Positions 37,301 to 44,478 of a DNA stretch of 64,000 bases are shown here, piece after piece. This stretch comes from Promethearchaeota archaeon. GTDB taxonomy: Archaea; Asgardarchaeota; Lokiarchaeia; Sigyniarchaeales; SOKP01. The notes beneath the pieces were generated by a model. It was not told the DNA's origin. It worked only from the letters and a program-made list of their open reading frames with translations, and did no database searches. Every line of letters starts with the position of its first letter. Positions within the stretch are counted from its first letter, which is position 1. A program made the position numbers and the translations under genes. The DNA lies in NCBI GenBank assembly GCA_048939015.1, contig JBHLPW010000006.1:32001-96000 (forward strand), given 5' to 3'.

Positions 37301-38423
37301 TTTGAGGGTTGCTGATGAAACATCAAGTAGATCAATCTTATATGATTTTGATAGAGAGGAATGCATCTATTATCCTAAAAATTCCACATTTTTGGTTAAT
37401 ATCATTGATCGAAATTATGTAAGTAGCTATCATCAATTTTTCGATGAATTTTCCTTAACTCTAAATAGCCGATTTACAGATATTCTCATTACTCCTAATA
37501 ATCCTATTAAAGGCACGAGTTTTAATTTGAGCTCTGTTTTAACTACAGAGTTTGGGGAGGAATTATCTGGAAAAAATGTATCTTGCCATTATTATGAACA
37601 AAATGTATGGGTTGATGCCGGTTTTGACGTCACAGATTCAAATGGATTTACTACGTTTTTAATTAATACAGAATTAATTGATTTTACGGAAAATTTATTA
37701 CTTAAGTTATCTTGGGATGGTGATACAGTTAATGGCGTTGAAAAGAATGTGTCAGTTCCAGTTGTACATCAAATAAATAATCTTTCTATATCAATTATAT
37801 CAACTAAAGCACAAATAATCCGAAATAGAGCGGCAACATTTACGATTAATCTTTTAAATATTGGTAATTCGGATTTAAAAGTGACAGATATCACAATTGA
37901 GATTTCTCAGCATTTCTCTTATTCTCTTGTTGAAATAGATTATTTAAAATTAGATTGGCTGACCGCAGGAGAATCTACTAGTTTTATTTTAGAAGTTCAA
38001 GTAGGTAGTACTAATAATTTTGAAATTGAAATTTCAATTACCGCACAAAATGTAATAACTAATAATTCTTTTAATGTTACCAACGATGCATTATATCATA
38101 CCTTTGATCCACCAATCACAGATTATTTTGTCGAATTCTTTATACTTATAATTGGAGCAATTATTGTATTAGTATGGTTAACAGCAATTATCTATTCCAG
38201 AAGAATAAAAAGAAAAATTGAAACACCAATTGAAGAACCCGTTAGAAAGAAGCCAAGAAGGGAAAAATATGTTCCAGTTTCTGAATTGAAAAAACCAGCT
38301 CCTGTCAAACAAATAACAAAGAAGAAAGAAACACCAAAAACAGATGAATCCGAAAAAGTGGATTTAGATTCTCTTTTGGAACAGAGAGGATTAGCAGACA
38401 AAAAGAAAAAACCGAAAGAGTAA
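34317..38423 (+). CDS. Large secreted, membrane-anchored glycoprotein (S-layer/adhesin-like)
   Basis: 1368 aa with a signal peptide, many N-x-S/T sequons, beta-rich composition, a C-terminal TM helix and a charged cytoplasmic tail. Confidence 0.75.
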   Translation: MIRRKKEIKRIFFSALFIITICLANVQILNNFNTLQGGEVNNIVDENLLNDALKSSNSNLDDNITGFGVNQDVRIYANNVSENLLNNEGFFEIPSVASEDMFLTYGNFNFTFQNNFTTDYTIENNSALYAENFIEFGYDTGYFTMNFKNGSMTGDYTDLWDNNNGTSIELSSDPSGLLNFTMTANYTDTTYTSGVINGNVEFNRTKILALISSLVFTIQNSEDVNLTVRIKNYSDSTWKELISVLPINGSLGIQELKDHFINENLNFIDLNNVCEIEFVLERGDSFSTLFHEYKLQSVYAFDLPITNQSYVALEFDLKGKKSTVNGFYAWIRTLNLTAAASTQINISLYRANRTLIRSEVNLQNVDLGPKYNEMIDSIVVNTYIEDGLSYFEFNRANTTNLNLYNYFIIIKTNNPQEVYSLVTIPHFTYGDSETEHQLKITTNDGLNWRNAKKIITTTNLPYTSGQLDASSFKLNVTRGYMPSDFIVNNNQTLRIQDIPLEDLEDKSFPYNESSYLTWGIGQWKHNFSTIIEDDTFNNFRVDVNWNKTIIKGFMFNVSDYSVIGYWVENASATYSVYYDDNPNWLFKYDFNASSILFNNWDFVELWYVFQDYFIAYNVTNPDNEKILTYKPAQTILEGDPGKNKVVVDGSLLTLNGVYTLNLSSFNFIHDMNSYINYKGRLWESNGFMYGDNISMSLDIKDHKDNAPKSGEVNSILFYPNGSKFRELNWTNGYIDDNILRYDFNNRTILNLTNALTVFGEYHLGFFWFNGSAIGCKKIPIYIDTYDVVLYNCEYYPQIDTNVLDGEIKNKVFRNYTIFVASINETTGISIPNFYPINNTGIDTTYSRKIGDQDLPVLLSSFKQSENILNPNETVDISVSLQNLHTFLPVNVKIDVKLVSYINKDWIIAENTSNTISLNFSGHKNDNREFDVKLSIPDLDVSSNTWEGVNAPVRLGGVKTLITIYIDDFEAGEYESPDYSLLSNKTSNDFEGYILGLRVADETSSRSILYDFDREECIYYPKNSTFLVNIIDRNYVSSYHQFFDEFSLTLNSRFTDILITPNNPIKGTSFNLSSVLTTEFGEELSGKNVSCHYYEQNVWVDAGFDVTDSNGFTTFLINTELIDFTENLLLKLSWDGDTVNGVEKNVSVPVVHQINNLSISIISTKAQIIRNRAATFTINLLNIGNSDLKVTDITIEISQHFSYSLVEIDYLKLDWLTAGESTSFILEVQVGSTNNFEIEISITAQNVITNNSFNVTNDALYHTFDPPITDYFVEFFILIIGAIIVLVWLTAIIYSRRIKRKIETPIEEPVRKKPRREKYVPVSELKKPAPVKQITKKKETPKTDESEKVDLDSLLEQRGLADKKKKPKE

Positions 38424-38473
38424 ATTCTTTTAATTAACTTTTTTCTTGTTTTTAAAAAAAAGAGAATAGAAAT

Positions 38474-38827
38474 TTATAAATTGGATATTGATATTAAATT
38501 TCGCTTCAATAACGCAAGAGAACTCCTTCCATCTAAACCTGCTAAACCAATTAATACAGTCTTCTCAGATCCTACCAAAACTGCAAATCCATTTTCTAAT
38601 TCAATAGTTGTTGTTTTTAATCCTCCTTTACCAATATCTTTCCCTAAATTATTTGAATCCTTAATAATGGTGGCACACGCTTTAGCGATTTTAGCATGAT
38701 CCATATCTGTAATTGTCTGACCTATCAATACTTTACCATTAGCATCAGCTGCGATTAATCCTTCAGTTTCTGGCACGATATCCATGAGTTCTGCCATTTT
38801 TTGTTCTAAAACTTTTTTATCAACCAT
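38474..38827 (-). CDS. Roadblock/LC7 (MglB/LAMTOR-like) domain protein
   Basis: 117 aa; EG.I..D..G..., helix, then IE.ENG..... beta strands, matching the roadblock pattern. Confidence 0.75.
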   Translation of the reverse strand: MVDKKVLEQKMAELMDIVPETEGLIAADANGKVLIGQTITDMDHAKIAKACATIIKDSNNLGKDIGKGGLKTTTIELENGFAVLVGSEKTVLIGLAGLDGRSSLALLKRNLISISNL

Positions 38828-38989
38828 ATAACTTTAACTCCTAATGAAATAATTTTAATAGAATAGAATTCTGAAATTGATGAAGAAATTTTCTTAAATA
38901 AATCTATAGATTAAATATATAGTTTAAGGAATTTAAATGTATCAAATAATTAAAAAAGGAAAAGTAGAAAAAATTACATTTAATAACTT

Positions 38990-39274
38990 TTATTTTAAAA
39001 TGATTAAAATCAGGTTTTCTTCCAAAGCTACCATTGTTTCACCTTTACTAGTCTCTAGCCTTATGAAGTTAAGCTCTCCTTCTTGTAATGCGTCCACCAC
39101 CTGCCTCCCTTTCCCAATAAGTGAAGTTACATAAGCAGCAACAGACTCACTGAGCTCAATATCTAAGTTTGAATCAATTGGCAAACCGCTGGAATCGCAA
39201 ATAATAACACCGCGAATTCCCTCCCTTTCTTCGAAACGCCGAATTATGGCTTTAACTTCCGCACGATTTATAAT
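38990..39274 (-). CDS. Roadblock/LC7 protein similar to dynein light chain DYNLRB; probable ATT start
   Basis: The frame is open upstream of TTG 39184 to TGA 39278-39280, adding IINRAEVKAIIRRFEEREGIRGVIICDSSG, which the fold needs. AGGTG SD lies 9 nt before ATT 39274. Confidence 0.82.
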   Translation of the reverse strand: MINRAEVKAIIRRFEEREGIRGVIICDSSGLPIDSNLDIELSESVAAYVTSLIGKGRQVVDALQEGELNFIRLETSKGETMVALEENLILIILK

Positions 39275-39387
39275 GATTCATTACACCTTTAAGAAATATG
39301 TTCTAAATTTTTAATATTATAATAGATTTAAGGTTTTTAAAAATTTAGATTACTTTTCAATAATTTATTATTTTTACGGAAGTAGAT

Positions 39388-40035
39388 CTAAATATCACTA
39401 TCTTCTAAGAAATAATTCTTAAACATATTTGATTTTCTTTCTTCACCAACAGAAGTGATACCCATATGCCCTGGACATATAATAAAATTATCTGTAATTT
39501 CAGAATGATACATAATTTTGGTTTTAATACTTGAGAACAATAGATTTGAATCACCTCCTCTAAGGTCAGACCGACCAATACTTCTACGGAAAATTAAATC
39601 ACCAGTAAATATAACCCCTTCAATCTTCTGACCCTCATATTCTTTAGGTTCTTTTGAATAATAAGATAACGCTCCTGGAGAGTGTCCTGGTGTTTCAAGA
39701 ACATTAAGAGTAATTTCTCCAATCTGGATAGAATCTCCCTCTGTGAGCCATTTGTCAGCTTTCTTTTGAGTATATATTCCAGAGTCATATTCTTTTTTAC
39801 AGTACATGAGAGGCATTTCAAAATGGCGCAAAATTTTCCCGAGTTTTAATGTATGATCATAATGACCATGTGTGAGCAACAAACCAATTGGTTTTACATT
39901 CATTTCTTCAATAACATTAATGATTGTTTCAGGTTCCCCACCAACATCAATTAGAACTACTTCTTTTGTTATACTTGAACCAAAAATATATGAGTTCGTT
40001 CCAAGAGGTCCTACAATTAGTCTTTTTAAAATCAA
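39388..40035 (-). CDS. MBL-fold metallo-hydrolase (glyoxalase II-like)
   Basis: THGHYDH, TPGHSPG, FTGD, PGH. Confidence 0.92.
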   Translation of the reverse strand: MILKRLIVGPLGTNSYIFGSSITKEVVLIDVGGEPETIINVIEEMNVKPIGLLLTHGHYDHTLKLGKILRHFEMPLMYCKKEYDSGIYTQKKADKWLTEGDSIQIGEITLNVLETPGHSPGALSYYSKEPKEYEGQKIEGVIFTGDLIFRRSIGRSDLRGGDSNLLFSSIKTKIMYHSEITDNFIICPGHMGITSVGEERKSNMFKNYFLEDSDI

Positions 40036-40085
40036 AAGAATTGCATCTCATAGAATATTAGAGGTCGAAAAAAAAAATAATGAAA

Positions 40086-40436
40086 TTATTTTTTTACCAT
40101 GTTGTTGATTTCATTTAATTTCTCGTAGACTTCTAAACCCTTCTTTGTAAGTTTAATATTTTTTACCTTACTTGTATTCGTAATTTCTATGAGTCCTTTC
40201 TTGATTAATTCATCTTTTACCCTAAAGAATGAATTATAGTATGAAAATTTATTCAACTCGTTATAAAACGTATGTTTATCCGTCTGATAGTCCTTCTGGT
40301 TTATCAAAACATGTAGTGTGTCCTTAAATCCCTTCTTTTTCAACAATCCAATTAAATCTTCGAATATCAAGTTCCCATACCTAATTAAAATGTTTAAAAA
40401 TATTGTACTAATTTGTAATGGGAAATTAAAAACCAT
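40086..40436 (-). CDS. Small winged-helix protein (true start probably internal)
   Basis: L.KKGLI........I.LT.KG wHTH wing motif. Confidence 0.65.
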   Translation of the reverse strand: MVFNFPLQISTIFLNILIRYGNLIFEDLIGLLKKKGFKDTLHVLINQKDYQTDKHTFYNELNKFSYYNSFFRVKDELIKKGLIEITNTSKVKNIKLTKKGLEVYEKLNEINNMVKK

Positions 40437-40654
40437 TATTAAACCTTATGATTAATTTTTTTGTTGTAATTTTTTTCAGAATAACTCAATCGATCCAAAA
40501 AAGTGGTGATATAATTTTCGGGGAAATCATTTTTTTTTTGAACAATGTTTATAAAAAGTAAAATTCCTCAGTTTTAAGAGCTCAAATAGAGAATATTGAT
40601 TGATGGGAAAATGATGGGAAAAGTTTAAATAGATAGAATATTAATATATTAATA

Positions 40655-40831
40655 ATGAATAAAGGATTAGATGAACAAATCAATAGAGGTGATTGTCTAA
40701 ACTTAAATATAAGTTCAATAATTATTAAAAGTATTGAGGAAAGTGATAGGACAATTAACCAAATCCCTAAATTGAACTTTTACCAGATAAAAGAGAAAAT
40801 TTTAGAAAGTTTTATTAAAATCATGAAGTAA
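40655..40831 (+). CDS. Possible 58-aa small protein
   Basis: ATG 40655 to TAA 40831 (MNKGLDEQINRGDC...FIKIMK), below the ORF-track cutoff. TATA-like tttaaata about 30 nt upstream. Confidence 0.3.
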   Translation: MNKGLDEQINRGDCLNLNISSIIIKSIEESDRTINQIPKLNFYQIKEKILESFIKIMK

Positions 40832-40942
40832 TTTGAATTGAGAATCCATTACATATAATTCTCAATAAAATTCAAAAATATTTAATTTTTTTTTATATCT
40901 CAAATCGATAATTTCTTAATTCTTTATTTTTTTTATAATAGT

Positions 40943-41824
40943 ATTATTGAATCTGATATAACAATTTTAGGACATATTGCTTTAGATATAAATCAAATTG
41001 ATGGTCTAAGCACAAATTCTTTAGGTGGTGCCCCGTACTATGGAGGTATTGCGGGAAGTTCTATGGGTCTTAAAATTACAGTCATTACTCGATTAAGGAA
41101 ACAAGATTTCTCGATATTAAGTAATTTTAAGAAATATGGGATTAGATATTATGCTTATCCTTCTGAACAAACTTCTGGATTAAAAAACATTTATTCTTCA
41201 AGTAATATGGAATTTAGAACATATGAACCTCTTGGATTTGCTGGAATGTTTAAAAAGGAAGAGATTCCAGAAATTAATACAAAATATTTTGTCATAGGTC
41301 CAATTGTTGCTGGGGAGATCGATCTAGATTTATTAAACTATTTGTATGGGAAATATCCAGATCTCTGTTTGGACATCCAAGGTTTTATTAGAGTGAGAGA
41401 TGAAAGTGGAGTTTTTTACTGTGATCTCTCAGAAAATAACAAGAAGGAAATTCTAGGAAAAGTAAAGGTATTAAAATTGGATCAGAAAGAAGCTGAGGTT
41501 CTAACTCATCAGGATGATATTGAAAAAGCAGCTAAAGAAGTAGCTATGTATGGTCCAAGTGAAATTCTTATTACCCATGAAAAAGGAATTTCTCTATATA
41601 CCTCCCAAAAGTTATATTATTTTCCATGGAAGAATAAAAAATCTGAGGGTCGAACAGGAAGGGGAGATACTGCATTTATTAGTTATTTAGGTTCAAGATT
41701 AACTAAAAATCCTGAAAATTCGCTAAGATTTGCAGCCGCTCTTACTTCCCTTAAGCTTGAAACCCCAGGACCTTTCACGTTACCATTAAATCAAGTTGAA
41801 GAATTAATTAAGAGGGAGTATTGA
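40943..41824 (+). CDS. PfkB/ribokinase family carbohydrate kinase; probable ATT start upstream of the first ATG (41063)
   Basis: The conserved N-terminal motif DITILGHIALD...LGGAPYYG lies in frame upstream of ATG 41063. C-terminal TGRGDT anion hole. Confidence 0.82.
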   Translation: MIESDITILGHIALDINQIDGLSTNSLGGAPYYGGIAGSSMGLKITVITRLRKQDFSILSNFKKYGIRYYAYPSEQTSGLKNIYSSSNMEFRTYEPLGFAGMFKKEEIPEINTKYFVIGPIVAGEIDLDLLNYLYGKYPDLCLDIQGFIRVRDESGVFYCDLSENNKKEILGKVKVLKLDQKEAEVLTHQDDIEKAAKEVAMYGPSEILITHEKGISLYTSQKLYYFPWKNKKSEGRTGRGDTAFISYLGSRLTKNPENSLRFAAALTSLKLETPGPFTLPLNQVEELIKREY

Positions 41825-42579
41825 TGAGATTTGGTGGAATAATTGATATCTCAACCAAGGATATACCGCATAGGTCATCTATGGTTATTTTTACAGTTGG
41901 CTGTAATTTAAGTTGTGGATTTTGTCATAATAAACATTTACTAAATAAAGATGTGGGACGTGATATTAGTATATCTGAATTAATTGAAAATGTGAAATGC
42001 AATCCATTAGTCAGTGGAGTCAGTATAAGTGGAGGAGAACCCACACTTCAGGATGATTTGTTAGAATTATGTAAAGAAATAAGAAAACTTGGAAGGTATT
42101 TAAGTATCGATACCAATGGAACAAATCCAAAAGTTTTGAGACAACTAATTCCTTATATTAATCGTGTTGCTTTAGATTTAAAAGGTCCATTAAAAGCTCA
42201 AAGACTAAGACAAATCACAGGGAAGGCAATTTCTCCAACCTTAATAGAAGATACTATTAATCTTGTAAATTATATTAATGAAATTGATTTTGAAATACGA
42301 ACAACATATGTTGGAAATCTAATGACGCCTCAGGATATACATAAAATTATAAATTTCCTCAAAAAAGTCCATTTTAGAGGTGAATTTGTATTACAACAAT
42401 ACCAATATTCTGATCATGTAGGAGAAAAATATAAAGAGATTTATTATATACCAGAACACATAGAATTACTAAAAATTCTTAATCCATACAAAACATCTGA
42501 ACTACCTTTTAAGATATTTATACGGGATAATGTGGTTGGTTCTTGTAATATTGATGAGCTAGGCTTTAATGATTTTTAG
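41821..42579 (+). CDS. Radical SAM glycyl-radical activating enzyme (NrdG/PflA-like)
   Basis: GCNLSCGFCHN, SGGEP, DTNG, DLK, EIRTT. Confidence 0.88.
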   Translation: MMRFGGIIDISTKDIPHRSSMVIFTVGCNLSCGFCHNKHLLNKDVGRDISISELIENVKCNPLVSGVSISGGEPTLQDDLLELCKEIRKLGRYLSIDTNGTNPKVLRQLIPYINRVALDLKGPLKAQRLRQITGKAISPTLIEDTINLVNYINEIDFEIRTTYVGNLMTPQDIHKIINFLKKVHFRGEFVLQQYQYSDHVGEKYKEIYYIPEHIELLKILNPYKTSELPFKIFIRDNVVGSCNIDELGFNDF

Positions 42580-42605
42580 CTACATTTATTCACACTTTCT
42601 AGTGT

Positions 42606-43451
42606 TTATTTTAATGGATATTTCGGTGTTCGTTTCTCAAAGAAAGCACTAGAAGCCTCTTTTAAATCCTTTGAAAAGAAACTTATAACAATCGAACTAT
42701 TTTCAAATTGTAATATATTATTCAAACTTGGAGAATCTAACGATAGATTAAGAACTTCTTTTGTCATTCGTAATCCTAAAGGACTTTTGGATAATAATTC
42801 TTCAGCTAATTTAAATGCCTCTGGCATTAAATCTTCTTTCTGTACGACTTTAAGAATAAATCCAGATTTTTCAGCTTCTTGTCCAGAAACCGCTCTACCA
42901 CTGTAGATTATTTCAGCAGCTCTCGAAAGGTTAATAAGACGTGGCAGGAAGTAACTACTTCCCATATCCGCTCCGGTTAATCCAATATTAATGGAAGCGT
43001 TAATAAAACTAACATCTTCAGTTGCAATTCTAATGTCAGAAGCCAATGCAAATCCCAGTCCACCTCCCACTACAGATCCATGAAGAGCAGCTATAATTGG
43101 TTGTGGAATTTTTCTCATTTTCATAATAAGTTTAGTAATATAGTTTTGATGATAATAAGATTTTTTGAGCGGTTCCGGTACGTCTAAAAAATAAAATTTA
43201 TCATATCCTTCCGGATTTTTTTTCGAATTCATAATTAAGCCTTCTTGTAAATCAGTTCCTGCTGAAAATGCTCTTCCCTCACCTTTCAGAATTAACACCC
43301 TGCATTCTAAATTCACCATTAACTCATCTAATACTTGATGAATTTCTTCTTCCATTTGAAACGAAATGGCATTTAGCCTTTCAGGTCTGTTTAATGAAAG
43401 AATTGCAATCCCATTTTCTCTAATTTCAAACTTTATAGTTTTATACTGCAT
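42606..43451 (-). CDS. Enoyl-CoA hydratase/isomerase family protein
   Basis: LNRPERLNA, FSAG.DL, GGG..ALA.DIR, AF.EKR.P. Confidence 0.93.
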   Translation of the reverse strand: MQYKTIKFEIRENGIAILSLNRPERLNAISFQMEEEIHQVLDELMVNLECRVLILKGEGRAFSAGTDLQEGLIMNSKKNPEGYDKFYFLDVPEPLKKSYYHQNYITKLIMKMRKIPQPIIAALHGSVVGGGLGFALASDIRIATEDVSFINASINIGLTGADMGSSYFLPRLINLSRAAEIIYSGRAVSGQEAEKSGFILKVVQKEDLMPEAFKLAEELLSKSPLGLRMTKEVLNLSLDSPSLNNILQFENSSIVISFFSKDLKEASSAFFEKRTPKYPLK

Positions 43452-43473
43452 ATTTTTTCAATTTTTCATTTGT

Positions 43474-44334
43474 TTATGATTTGGGATATTGAGGTTTTCT
43501 CTTTTCAAAAAAAGCGTTAATGCCTTCCAAAATATCTGTAGATGTCGAGCAAAGCATTTGTGTACGGTTTTCTATCTGCATTATTGTATCAAGACTAGGT
43601 GAATCAAGTGTTATATTTAGAGCTTCTTTTGTCATTCTAAGACCTAATGGACTTTTAGAAAGCAAATTTTCCGCAATTTCAAATGCTGCTTCTAAGAGTT
43701 TCATATCATCTCCTTTTATTACTTTCAGGACAAGTCCTATCCTTTCAGCTTCTTCAGCATCTACAAAACGACCGGTATATAATATTTCAGCAGCTCGTGA
43801 CATACCTATTAATCGAGGTAAATGATAACTACTTGCTAAATCAGAACCAGAGAATCCAATATTAATAAAAGAATTGGCTAATTTTGCATTTTCTCCAGCA
43901 ATTCTTATATCTGCTGCCAAGCATAAAGTAAAACCTGCTCCAGTTGCAGGACCTTGAATAACTGCTATAATAGGTTGACTAATTTTTCTCATTTTAACGA
44001 CTAAATGACTAGCCCTAGCTTGAGCGTAAATTTTCGCTTTAATCGTATCTTTTTCTGGAGCATTCATGAAGAAGAACTTTTTCTTGAGCGCCTCTGGTTT
44101 CTTTTTTGATTGAAGGACCGTAGATTCCTTTAAATCTAATCCTGCACAGAAACCTCTTCCCGCGGCTTTTAGAATAAGTACTCTACAATCCAAATTCACC
44201 ATCAGTTCATCAAAAATTGAGTGCAAATCTTCGATCATCTGAAAATTTAAAGCATTCAATTTATCAGGACGATTAAGAGTTAATATTCCGATCCCATTAT
44301 CTCTTAATTCGAATTTAATAGTTTCAAAGTTCAT
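43474..44334 (-). CDS. Enoyl-CoA hydratase/isomerase family protein (tandem paralog)
   Basis: LNRPDKLNA, FCAG.DL, GAG..L..DIR. Confidence 0.93.
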   Translation of the reverse strand: MNFETIKFELRDNGIGILTLNRPDKLNALNFQMIEDLHSIFDELMVNLDCRVLILKAAGRGFCAGLDLKESTVLQSKKKPEALKKKFFFMNAPEKDTIKAKIYAQARASHLVVKMRKISQPIIAVIQGPATGAGFTLCLAADIRIAGENAKLANSFINIGFSGSDLASSYHLPRLIGMSRAAEILYTGRFVDAEEAERIGLVLKVIKGDDMKLLEAAFEIAENLLSKSPLGLRMTKEALNITLDSPSLDTIMQIENRTQMLCSTSTDILEGINAFFEKRKPQYPKS

Positions 44335-44478
44335 ATTTTATAACACTATCTTATTCATACTTTAATTGTATATGTAATAAACTAAATTTCAATTATCTTA
44401 TTGAATCATTAATTATAAATAGTTATTAGCTTTCAAAATATTTTAAATAATCTTATAAAATCACAATCGGCTACCTAA

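Noticed and set aside
40600-40623. Short direct repeat tgatgggaaaa x2 in the intergenic region
   Set aside because: Only two copies. It could be an operator for the adjacent wHTH gene, but the support is too weak.
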